DNA of 64,000 bases from an uncultured bacterium (GTDB lineage Bacteria > Acidobacteriota > HRBIN11 > JAKEFK01). Both the position numbers and the translations under genes were made by a program. Below are positions 19,570-29,478 of the stretch, in pieces (position 1 is the first letter of the stretch; every line of letters starts with the position of its first letter). Location of the stretch: NCBI GenBank assembly GCA_963777505.1, contig CAVZQN010000003.1, positions 480,001 to 544,000 of the forward strand. The letters run 5' to 3'. The notes beneath the pieces were generated by a model, which was not told the origin of the DNA, did not search any database, and saw only the letters and a list, made by a program, of their open reading frames with translations.

Positions 19570-21478
19570 TCAGGTCGACCGCGAACGAATTGAGATTAAG
19601 ATCCGGATTGTATTCTGGATTGTCGTTGCATGTTTCCTTGTCTTTTTTATCGGATTCTGGAATTTGCAAGTCATTCGCGGATCGTATTATGACATGCTGG
19701 CGCGCGATAACGTCAGACGTGACTATCCGACACCAGCTCCACGCGGTTTAATTCTGGATCGCAATAACACAATTCTTGCTGATAACCGGTTAAGCCATAA
19801 CCTTTTCGTTACACCATGGCTCTCCCGAAATTTAGATCAGACTTTGCAGTTTCTTGCCGTGACTCTTTCAACAACTCAGGATGAATTAAAGCGGATGATT
19901 TTGAAAGAAGGGACGTTACGATCCCGTCAGCCAATTCTTGTCTATCAGGATTTAACTCTTTCGCAACTCGCATACATTTCTGCGCGAAAAGTTGAATATC
20001 CTGAAATAGAAATCAAACAGGAAACGAAGCGAAATTATCCATACGGTGATCTTTTTGCGCATGCTCTTGGCTATGTTGGCCAACTGACAGAAGAACAATT
20101 TGCGCGCAAACAATTTCCTGAAGCTCGAAAACGTGACGTTGTAGGGCAAGCCGGTCTTGAACGCTATTACAACAAGTACTTGATGGGGAAGGCCGGAAAC
20201 GAAAGTAAGGTTGTGAACAGTTTTGGAATGGAATTAAAAGAATTTCAAGTAGAACCAACACCGCCGACGCCTGGTGAGACAGTTCGTCTTGGGCTTGATT
20301 ATCATATGCAAAAAGCTGCGCATGATGCGTTCAGAGAAAAGCAAAAATATGGATCTGCTGTTGCATTAAATATTAAGACGCGTGAAATTATGGTTCTTTA
20401 CAGTGATCCATATTACGATCCGAATGATTTCATTCCACGGATTGCGCCTCAAAAGTGGCGGGAGCTTTTGACTGATCCGCGTCATCCTCTTCAAAATCGT
20501 GCAATTCAAAATAAATTTTCTCCCGGCTCTACTTTTAAAATCATCATGGCGCTTACAGGTCTTCAAGAGAAAAAAATAACTCCTGATACACACTTTGTTT
20601 GTGGTGGTTCGCAATTTATTTATAGCCGTACATTTCGCTGTTGGAAGCCGGGCGGACATGGTTCTGTAAATTTATATAAAGCAATCGCGCAATCTTGCGA
20701 TGTTTATTTTTACAATCTTGGAATGAGGCTTGATATCGATGTCATTGCAAAATATGCAAAGAAATTTGGACTTGGAAGCCCGACAGGTATCGATTTGCAG
20801 AATGAAAGCGCGGGGCTTGTTCCCAGCCGCGCATGGAAACAGAAAGTGCAAAAGGATAAGTGGTACCCCGGTGAAACCATATCCGTTTCAATAGGGCAGG
20901 GACCGATTCTCGTCACAGGTCTGCACATGGCTTCAGTTGTTTCAAGTGTTGCAATGGAAGGCACACGAATACAACCTCACTTACTCAGCGCCCTTATTAA
21001 GCCAAATGGTGACACCGAAGATTTTGTAAAAAGCAAAAGAGAACAAATTACAGGGATTGATCAAAGAAATTATGAACTCGTCAAACAAGCCTTATGGGGC
21101 GTAGTGCATGATCATGGAACTGGAGGCAAATCCCGAATCGATGGCTACGATGTTTGTGGAAAAACAGGAACTGTTCAGGTAGTTGGCTATGATCGCGGCG
21201 GCGATTTATCGAAAACTGATAAGGAACGATTCGGAGATCATGCATGGTTTGTAGCTTTTGCTCCGTATTCCGATCCGCAAGTTGCTGTTGCTGTTTTTGT
21301 AGAACACGGAGGGCATGGTTCGGATGCGGCGGCGCCGGTGGCAAAAAAGATATTTGAAACATACTTCAACGATCGAAAAATTCCGCCATTCCCAACACCC
21401 GAGTTTGCAAAAAAGATTGTGCCGGTTGTAAGAGCCAAACTAAAAGACTCAACGGAAGAAAATCAGGATATTGACTGA
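19562..21478 (+). CDS. mrdA: Penicillin-binding protein 2
   Basis: APRGLILDRN, PGSTFK (SxxK), SCD, KTGT, HAWF. Confidence 0.96.
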   Translation: MPNQVDRERIEIKIRIVFWIVVACFLVFFIGFWNLQVIRGSYYDMLARDNVRRDYPTPAPRGLILDRNNTILADNRLSHNLFVTPWLSRNLDQTLQFLAVTLSTTQDELKRMILKEGTLRSRQPILVYQDLTLSQLAYISARKVEYPEIEIKQETKRNYPYGDLFAHALGYVGQLTEEQFARKQFPEARKRDVVGQAGLERYYNKYLMGKAGNESKVVNSFGMELKEFQVEPTPPTPGETVRLGLDYHMQKAAHDAFREKQKYGSAVALNIKTREIMVLYSDPYYDPNDFIPRIAPQKWRELLTDPRHPLQNRAIQNKFSPGSTFKIIMALTGLQEKKITPDTHFVCGGSQFIYSRTFRCWKPGGHGSVNLYKAIAQSCDVYFYNLGMRLDIDVIAKYAKKFGLGSPTGIDLQNESAGLVPSRAWKQKVQKDKWYPGETISVSIGQGPILVTGLHMASVVSSVAMEGTRIQPHLLSALIKPNGDTEDFVKSKREQITGIDQRNYELVKQALWGVVHDHGTGGKSRIDGYDVCGKTGTVQVVGYDRGGDLSKTDKERFGDHAWFVAFAPYSDPQVAVAVFVEHGGHGSDAAAPVAKKIFETYFNDRKIPPFPTPEFAKKIVPVVRAKLKDSTEENQDID

Positions 21479-22570
21479 TGTTTGATACGCGTATCCTGCG
21501 ACAGTTTGATTGGATTTTGCTGGGCTGCATTGTGTCGCTTGTTACGTTAGGAATCATGATGATCTTCAGCGCAACATATCAAGGTGCACATGCAGATCTT
21601 TATGTACGGCAATTTCAATATTTCATCGTAGGAATGGCGCTCTTCATCATTATTCTGCAGGTCGATTATCACTTCCTGACCGATGGAGCCGTGGTTTTTT
21701 ACATTCTATCGATCCTACTGTTGATCGGTGTTTTGTTTTTTGGGAAGCGTATTTCGGGAGCGAAAAGTTGGTTTGCGCTGGGTTTTTTCAATTTCCAACC
21801 GTCCGAAATTGCAAAGATCGCATCGATTCTATTTCTTGCACGTTTCCTCAGCATGGAAAGCCGCACGTGAACTCACTTTGAAAGATGTCGGAATGGCAGG
21901 ATTGATCATGGGGATCCCGGTGTTCCTGATCATTCTTCAACCGGATATGGGAACAGCACTCACATTTCTTCCCCCTTTGATTGCAGTTCTGTTTTTTGCA
22001 GGCATGAAACTTAAATGGATGCTGGTGGCAGTGATCTCCGGGCTTGCTACAATGCCTTTCGTTTGGTTTTTTCTGAAGCCTTATCAAAAGAATCGAATTC
22101 TAACCTTCATCGATCCGAGCAATGATCCACTTGGTGCTGGCTATCAGATCATTCAGTCAAAAATTGCGATTGGATCGGGCCAAATCTGGGGAAAAGGCCT
22201 GCTTTCAAAAGAGACTCAAGCGTACCTCGATTTCATTCCTGAAAAACAAACCGATTTTGTCTTTTCGATTCTCGCTGAAGACTTTGGATTGATTGGCGTC
22301 CTCATTGCCCTCGGGTTATACTTTCTCCTGATCTCACGATTGTTAAACGCAGCGTCTCAGGCTCGTGATCGAGTGGGGACATTTGTCATCATGGGCATCA
22401 TGGCAGTGTTTTTCTTTCATGTTGTTGTGAATATCGGTATGGTGATCGGATTGATGCCTATAACAGGACTGCCGCTTCCGCTCATGAGTTATGGCGGGTC
22501 TTCGCTTCTTTCGACAATCGTAGGTCTCGCGATCGTGATGAATATCCGAATGCGCAGATTTGTAAATTAA
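21478..22570 (+). pseudogene. rodA: Rod shape-determining protein RodA, split by one extra base near 21865-21868 (probably an assembly error)
   Basis: Frame 1 gives GAKSW...FQPSEIAK...SRT*; the next frame continues ELTL...QPDMGTA...GYQIIQSKIAIGSG...PEKQTDF...SYGGSS; span 1093 nt = 364 codons + 1. Confidence 0.92.
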
Positions 22571-22585
22571 CCGCAAAGACAAAAG
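22567..22585 (+). repeat. Short dispersed (T)TWACCGCARAG-nnnn-RAG repeat family (representative copy, overlaps rodA stop)
   Basis: Related copies in either orientation at 25234, 28847, 37158, 40761, 46226, 49703, 50921, 53677, 56258, 57515. Confidence 0.7.
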
Positions 22586-22587
22586 AA

Positions 22588-25231
22588 ATGAATATTGAAG
22601 AAAGATTAATCAATATCCTTCCGTATGTAGAAAAACCGGCCCGATATATTGGCGGCGAATTCAATCAGATTCGAAAAGATCTCCGCAGCGTTAAAGTCAA
22701 ATTTGCGTTTGCTTTTCCTGATGCGTATGAAATCGGAATGTCACACACAGGTTTGCGTATCTTATATGACCTTTTGAATAAACGATCTGACATTGCAGCA
22801 GAGCGGGTATTTGCTCCATGGATGGACATGGAACAAAAACTTCGTTCTGAATCCATTCCTTTATATTCGCTGGAAAACAAGCTTCCTTTGCGCGAATTCG
22901 ATCTGATCGGTTTTTCATTGATGTACGAACTCTGTTATACAAACACGCTCGCGATGTTGGATCTTTCAGGAATTCCATTGAAGACAAAGGACCGTACGAT
23001 TGATGATCCTTTGATTATTGCAGGCGGTACGTGCACCGTAAATCCTGAACCGATCGCAGACTTCATTGATTTATTTGTCATCGGAGATGGCGAAGAAATC
23101 ATCTTTGAAATTATTGAGAAGTACATGAGCCTGAAAGGAACAGGCTTAAGCCGCGAGAAAATTCTATTCGAACTTGCGCAAATCCAGGGAATTTACGTTC
23201 CATCACTTTACGATACATATCAGGATCCAAAAACCGGAATGGTTTTGGCAAAAAAGACATCGGGGCTTCCATTTCCTGTGCGTCGCAGAATTTTGATGGA
23301 CCTGAATCAGTATCCATTCCCTACGAAGCCGATTGTTCCGTATACCGAAATTGTTTTTGATCGTGTATCTGTTGAGTTGTTTCGCGGATGTGAGCGTGGC
23401 TGCCGGTTTTGTCAGGCGGGTTACATATATCGTCCGACGCGCGAACGCAATCCGCTGCAGGTTTTTAATGCCGCTGTGCAACAGGTGCGTAACTCCGGCT
23501 ACGAAGAGATCAGCTTGAATTCATTAAGTTCTGGCGATTATTCGCGATTGCCGCAATTGTTAACCTGGTTAAATCAGCAATTTCAAAGCGATCGTGTTGC
23601 GCTCTCGCTTTCATCATTGTTTGCCTCTTCGATCACAAAAGATGTAATCCGCAAGATCAAACAGGTGCGCAAGACGGGATTTACGATTGCGCCTGAAGGC
23701 GGCACAGATCGGATGCGGAAGGTCATCAATAAATACATGAGCGAGTCGGAAATTTTGCATGCGGCCGAACTTGCCTACTAGCGAAGGATGGGAGCATATC
23801 AAATTGTATTTTATGATCGGCCAGCCAACCGAAACGATGGAAGATGTAGAAGGCATCGTTTATCTTGCGAAAAAAATTTCGGATCTCGGGCGGTCACAGC
23901 ATCAACGGTCGGGCAAAGTAAATCTTGGAGTTTCGTCGTTCGTTCCGAAACCTCAAACGCCATTCCAGTGGTGTGCAATGAATTCGCGTGAGGAACTGCA
24001 AGAGAAGCAGTCAGTGATCCGCCGTATGACTCAGCGATCACGTATTCAGTTTAAGTGGCATCACATCAACATCAGTATGCTGGACGGAATTTTTTCGCGC
24101 GGCGACCGGAGACTCAATCAGACGCTTGAATTGGCATATAAGAAAGGATGCAGATTTGATGGATGGTCTGATTGTCAGCATTATCCGCTTTGGGAAGAAG
24201 CTTTTGCAGAATCAAAAGTTGATCCGAACTCATATTGGGGTGAATTTCCGTTGGATTCAACGCTTCCCTGGGATCACTTATCGGTAAAAGTAGCGAAGAA
24301 ATTTTTGAGAAAAGAATGGGATAAAGCCCTTGCAATGGATACAACGCCGCTTACAGGCTTCGATAATTGTGTTTTTTGCGGATCTTGCAAAGCTTCGGAA
24401 CTGGTTCAGTTGAAAGGTCAAAGTGAACTGGCGCGGATGAGCAGTCCGTCAGAAATTGTGCCTTACAACGATGAATTGGAGCGGGAGAAAAATTTCAGAT
24501 ATCGTGCCAGTTTTAAAAAGGAAGGCGCACTGCGTTTTATTTCACATCTTGATATTACAAAGACTTTGCGGCTTGCATTTAAACGTGCGGAGATTCCGCT
24601 CAGTTATAGCCGTGGATTTCATCCTGCGCCGCACATTTCATTTGGACCGGCCTTGCCATTGGCCGTTGAATCGAAAGAAGAGTTTATAGATTTCTACACG
24701 TATCGATTTATGTCACCGGAAGAGTGTTTGAGCCGGCTGAATAAAGCGATGCCGCCGGAATTGTCGTTCTTGCGAGTCGTTCAAATTTCGCATAGCACGC
24801 CATCTTTGTCTGCTTTGATTGATGGATCGGACTACAGTGTCAATTTTGCTGAGCCTGCAATTGAACCTGTTGTGAAAAACTTTGCCACGAAGAAGGGAAT
24901 TGATGTTGCTTTATCGCATGGTTTTGCGATTGATGCTTTTTTGGAAAAGCCGGAAGTATTAATTAAGAAGCATAAGACTGAAAAGTTTGTCGATGCCAAA
25001 AAGTATGTTCGATCGCTTCAATGGGATGATGATGCGCGCGCCCTCAAGGTTGAAATGAAGTTTCAGGATGGTGCGACAGTTGGAATTCAGCATGTCTTGA
25101 AAGCGCTGTACGAAATTGATGTGGAATTTCCAGTGACTCGCGAACGCCAATACATTTGGAGTAACGGCACCAAACAATCCCCCCTCGATGTTGACCCCTT
25201 TGCCGAACAGCGCCTCATAGCCGATTTGTAA
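22588..25231 (+). pseudogene. TIGR03960-type B12-binding radical SAM protein fused to TIGR03936/DUF2344 domain, split by one extra T at 23779 (probably an assembly error)
   Basis: EKPARYIGGE, FPDAYEIGMSHTG, RGCERGCRFCQAG (CxxxCxxC); AELAY* continues SEGWEHIKLYFMIG in the next frame; C-terminal RFISHLD...GFHPAP; span 2644 nt = 881 codons + 1. Confidence 0.9.
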
Positions 25232-25293
25232 CGTCTTGCGCCTCTGCGGTAAATCTTCAGGGTTTGTTACAATAGATTGAATCAGGTGACTTT

Positions 25294-26808
25294 ATGGTCA
25301 GGGAAATTGTTGTCAATGCCACAAACTACGAGACACGTGTGGCGGTTCTTGAAGACGAGCGGCTTGTCGAGATTCACATCGAACGAGCTGCGCGCCGCAG
25401 CATTGTTGGCAACGTCTACAAGGGCAAAGTAACGCGCGTGTTACCCGGAATGGAGGCTGCCTTTGTCGATATAGGCCTCGACCGCGATGCATTTTTATAC
25501 GTCCAGGATGTGTATGAAGATCTTGCCGAATACCGGCGGATGTTAAGTGTCGATGATTCCGGTGAAGTCGAGCCGGAATTTGAAGAGATGAAGAATGTTG
25601 TCGCAACACTTGGGATTGGTGATCTGCTGAGGCCCGGCCGTCATGTCCTGGTCCGTGTTACGAAAGAAGCACTGGGAACGAAAGGTCCGCGCATATCAAC
25701 GCATATTACACTTCCGAGCCGGTACGTTGTTTTAATGCCGACTGTTGGTCAGATAGGAGTCTCACGCAAAATTCAATCGCGCGATGAACGGATCCGGCTT
25801 AGAACACTTTGTAAATCGTTGCGTCGCGGCGCTGGTGGGATGATCGTTCGAACAGCCGCTGAAGGTGTAGAGGCGGAACATCTTGAAAAGGAAATCAAGT
25901 ATCTGTATCAACTCTGGGAAGATTTAAAACAAAAATTCGATCAAGGCCCGGTTCCATCATTGATCCATCGTGAGATGAATCTTCTCGAACGTGTCGTGCG
26001 CGATTCACTCTGGTCCGACTTAACTGCAATTCATATCGATTCAGAAAAATCGTACGAGCAGTGTGTTGAGTTTGTGAATAAGATCGATGCCGCTATGGTT
26101 CCAAAGTTAAAACTGTACGGCCACGATTATCCGATTTTCGAAAAATTCCAGGTACAACGTGAACTTGAAAAAGCACTGCAGGATAAAGTGTGGCTCAAAT
26201 CTGGCGGCTACATTGTGATCAATCACACAGAAGCGCTGGTTGCGATCGATGTAAATACTGGAAAATTTGTAGGGAAGCGAAGTCTTGAGGACACGATTGC
26301 AAAAACAAATCTGGAGTCTGTGAAAGAGATTACGCGGCAAATTCGCTTGCGCGATCTTGGTGGAATTATCGTAATCGATTTCATCGATATGGAAGATCCT
26401 GAGAATCAACGAAAAGTGATTGAAGCTCTCGAAGCTGAACTTAAAAAGGACCGCTCACCGGCCCGAATCATGGCGGGTGGAAGTTCCACTCTCGTGATTC
26501 TTACGCGCAAAAGAACGCGTCAGAGTCTGGAAAGAGTGTTGTGCCAGCCATGTCCATATTGTGGTGGCGGTGGAATGATTAAATCAGTCGCTACAATTTG
26601 TTATGAAATTCTAAATGAAGTAAAAAAGCAGGCACTGTTCCTGGAAGGAAGTGATGTCATCCTCCGCGTAAACCCTGATGTAGCCGAAGCATTGAAGAAC
26701 GGTGAACTTGAAGTGTTTAAGGAGATGCAATCATTTTTGCGGAAGTCGATTATTGTTAAGCCTGATAATAATCTGCATCATGAGCAGTTCGATCTCATGG
26801 GTGATTAA
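25294..26808 (+). CDS. rng: Rne/Rng family ribonuclease (RNase G)
   Basis: GNVYKGKV.RVLPGMEAAFVDIG, IDVNTG, IRLRDLGGIIVIDFIDM, CPYC. Confidence 0.95.
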   Translation: MVREIVVNATNYETRVAVLEDERLVEIHIERAARRSIVGNVYKGKVTRVLPGMEAAFVDIGLDRDAFLYVQDVYEDLAEYRRMLSVDDSGEVEPEFEEMKNVVATLGIGDLLRPGRHVLVRVTKEALGTKGPRISTHITLPSRYVVLMPTVGQIGVSRKIQSRDERIRLRTLCKSLRRGAGGMIVRTAAEGVEAEHLEKEIKYLYQLWEDLKQKFDQGPVPSLIHREMNLLERVVRDSLWSDLTAIHIDSEKSYEQCVEFVNKIDAAMVPKLKLYGHDYPIFEKFQVQRELEKALQDKVWLKSGGYIVINHTEALVAIDVNTGKFVGKRSLEDTIAKTNLESVKEITRQIRLRDLGGIIVIDFIDMEDPENQRKVIEALEAELKKDRSPARIMAGGSSTLVILTRKRTRQSLERVLCQPCPYCGGGGMIKSVATICYEILNEVKKQALFLEGSDVILRVNPDVAEALKNGELEVFKEMQSFLRKSIIVKPDNNLHHEQFDLMGD

Positions 26809-26821
26809 TTTCACTCATTTA

Positions 26822-26873
26822 GCCAGGCGTGACACCTGCGATCCTCTAATGCGGCCGTGACGTCTCGCGGTCC
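26822..26873. repeat. Degenerate pair of the 929-1035 REP-like family
   Basis: GCCAGGCGTGACACCTGCGATCC-TCTAA-TGCGGCCGTGACGTCTCGCGGTCC; near reverse complement of 44357-44408. Confidence 0.65.
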
Positions 26874-26881
26874 TTGTTAAT

Positions 26882-28843
26882 ATGATCCGAGAAATACAAA
26901 AAGAAGTTGAACCTGAGCTAAAAGCAACTCTCCAGGAATTATTCGGCCTGGAAAATTATTCCATTCCTGAGCCGATTTATCCTGAACCTGAGATGGGGGA
27001 TTTTGCATACACGATTGCCTTTCCTCTTGCGAAAACCTTGCGCAAAAATCCAAAACACATTGCTCAGCAAATTGTTGATGCAATCAATGCAAAGAAAATC
27101 GCTTCCATTTTGCGCGCTGAAGTTGGCGGAAATGGATATCTGAATTTCTGGCTCAATCGTCAACCACTCGCGTCGCGGCTTTTTCGCGAGTCGGTAGAAT
27201 CAGAACCATCACGCGAAGGGAAAGCAATTGTAGAACACACAAACATTAATCCCAACAAAGCCGCGCATGTTGGACATCTTCGCAATGCGTGCCTGGGCGA
27301 TTCGCTCGTACGCTTGCTGAAATTTATGGGCACACCTGTAGAAACACACAACTATATCGATGATACAGGCGTGCAAGTCGCCGATGTTGTGGTCGGTTTT
27401 CTCAGACAGGGCAAAAGCATCGCAGATCTGGATTCTATTTCAGGTCGTCTCGATTACTACTTTTGGGATCTCTATGCCGAAACACATCACTGGATTGATA
27501 CAACTCCTGAAGGCAAAACGGAACGACATCGGATTTTGAAAGCAATGGAAGAACGTGAAGAGCCGATCTTCAGCCTCTCAGCAGCGATTGCCGACAGAAT
27601 CATCAGCTGTCATCTTGCAACCATGGGACGTCTCAAGATTGCATACGATCTTCTTCCGCGCGAAAGCGACATCATCGGACTAAGATTCTGGGAAAAAACA
27701 TTTGAACTTCTAAAACAAACAAACGCGATTGTGTACATTGAGGAAGGTAAAAATAAAGGCTGCTGGGTTATGCGTCTTACTGGAAGTGAAGGCTTTCAAG
27801 ATATGCAGGATGCAGACAAAATTATTGTCCGTTCGAATGGAACAGTTACATATGTCGGAAAAGATATTGCATATCAAATGTGGAAGTTTGGACTTCTCGG
27901 CCGTGACTTTCGGTATCGCTTTTTTGAACGGACACCGGAAGGTATGCCTCCACTATGGACCACAACTTCGGTGGGGGGTAATCCGAACGAACATCACTTC
28001 GGCGGCGCGGATATTGTTTATAACGTCATCGATCAAAGACAATCCTATTTGCAAAAAGTTGTTGCTGAAGGTCTGCGAGCTCTTGGTTATAAAGAACAAG
28101 CTGAACGGTCGATTCATTTTGCATATGAGATGGTCACGCTTTCGCCAAAGACTGCAATTGAACTTGGTTTCGAACTATCTGCAGAAGAACGTCAAAAAGC
28201 ATTTGTAGAAATGTCGGGCCGAAAAGGGCTCGGAGTTAAAGCCGATGATTTGATTGATCGTCTGCAACAAAAAGCCCTTCAACGTGTTGAGCCGCTTTAT
28301 CCTGATCTGAATCCAAAACAAAAAGAACAATTGGCTTCTTTGATTGCGATTGGCGCGTTGCGTTATTTCATGATTCGATTTACTCGCAATACTGTGATTA
28401 CCTTTGACATAGATGATGCTTTAAGTTTTGAAGGAGAGACCGGTCCATATCTACAGTATTCAATGGTTCGAGCGGCAAGTATTTTTCGCAAAGTTCGCGA
28501 ATCGGGCTTCAATCTGCCTGAGTCATCTCAATTTGAAGATGCGATCAGTTTGTTGGGCGATCACGAAACAGCCGAGCATCAAGATTCGTGGCAGATAATT
28601 CTTGGAATCATCAGGTTGAAGGATGTTGCTACAAAAGCGCTACGATCGCTTGAAGTTTCATATTTTGCGAAGCATGTTTTTGAACTGGCTCAACTTTTTA
28701 ACAATTATTACCACAAATATCCTGTTCTTCATGAGAAGGATATTCGCCGCAAGTTGCTTCGTATTGCCATAGTAGATATGTTTGCAAAAGGCATGCAAAC
28801 AAGTATGGATTTACTTGGCATACCTGTACCCGAACGCATGTAA
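26882..28843 (+). CDS. argS: Arginine--tRNA ligase
   Basis: EHTNINPNKAAHVGHLRNA (HIGH), MSGRKG (KMSKS-like), FEGETGPYLQY, ends PERM. Confidence 0.97.
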   Translation: MIREIQKEVEPELKATLQELFGLENYSIPEPIYPEPEMGDFAYTIAFPLAKTLRKNPKHIAQQIVDAINAKKIASILRAEVGGNGYLNFWLNRQPLASRLFRESVESEPSREGKAIVEHTNINPNKAAHVGHLRNACLGDSLVRLLKFMGTPVETHNYIDDTGVQVADVVVGFLRQGKSIADLDSISGRLDYYFWDLYAETHHWIDTTPEGKTERHRILKAMEEREEPIFSLSAAIADRIISCHLATMGRLKIAYDLLPRESDIIGLRFWEKTFELLKQTNAIVYIEEGKNKGCWVMRLTGSEGFQDMQDADKIIVRSNGTVTYVGKDIAYQMWKFGLLGRDFRYRFFERTPEGMPPLWTTTSVGGNPNEHHFGGADIVYNVIDQRQSYLQKVVAEGLRALGYKEQAERSIHFAYEMVTLSPKTAIELGFELSAEERQKAFVEMSGRKGLGVKADDLIDRLQQKALQRVEPLYPDLNPKQKEQLASLIAIGALRYFMIRFTRNTVITFDIDDALSFEGETGPYLQYSMVRAASIFRKVRESGFNLPESSQFEDAISLLGDHETAEHQDSWQIILGIIRLKDVATKALRSLEVSYFAKHVFELAQLFNNYYHKYPVLHEKDIRRKLLRIAIVDMFAKGMQTSMDLLGIPVPERM

Positions 28844-28866
28844 TTTTTAACCGCAGAGGCGCCAAG

Positions 28867-29472
28867 ATGAACGCCGAGATTCTCGCATTAGTTCGAATTA
28901 GCTGTGCTGTGTGCTTGCGTGGCGAATCATTGTTGGAACGTGAACTACGAACGGCCATCGAAGCCAGAATTGAAATTGCCAAAATCCGCGAAACCCTTCT
29001 TCAATCGTATTTGTTTGCCGGGTATGCATCCACGATTAATGCATTTATCGTTTTCAACCGGCTGGTCCCGGGCAATTCTGAATACTTTCAGGAAGCTGAA
29101 GGATCGGTAGAGGACTGGCGGAGTCGTGGCGAAGAGTTGTGCCGCAAGATCTATGGACCGCAGTTTGAAAAAATGGTTCAAAACATGAATCAGCTTCATC
29201 CTGATCTTGCGGATTGGATGATTTTTGAAGGCTATGGAAAAGTGTTGTCACGTCCGTTTCTAACTCCTGTTGTGCGTGAATTTCTGATCCTTGCAATGAC
29301 TGCAGCGTTGAATGTGGAACGCCAGTTTCATTCTCATGTTCGCGGTGCATTGCATGCCGGTGCAACTCCGGAAGAAATTCAGGCTGTATTTACGGAAGCA
29401 AAGCCGTTTATGGACCCTTCCTCAATCCCCGCACTTGAAAATATTCTTGAGCAAGTAGTGTCCCGCATCTAG
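28867..29472 (+). CDS. Carboxymuconolactone decarboxylase/AhpD-like protein
   Basis: ETLLQSYLFAGY, EGYGKVLSRP.L, QFHSHVRGALHAGA. Confidence 0.85.
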   Translation: MNAEILALVRISCAVCLRGESLLERELRTAIEARIEIAKIRETLLQSYLFAGYASTINAFIVFNRLVPGNSEYFQEAEGSVEDWRSRGEELCRKIYGPQFEKMVQNMNQLHPDLADWMIFEGYGKVLSRPFLTPVVREFLILAMTAALNVERQFHSHVRGALHAGATPEEIQAVFTEAKPFMDPSSIPALENILEQVVSRI

Positions 29473-29478
29473 AAGGCA

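Noticed and set aside
21868-23781. Selenocysteine (TGA) or pyrrolysine (TAG) readthrough at the two internal stops
   Set aside because: Homologous sequence resumes in a different frame, so in-frame readthrough would not restore either protein.
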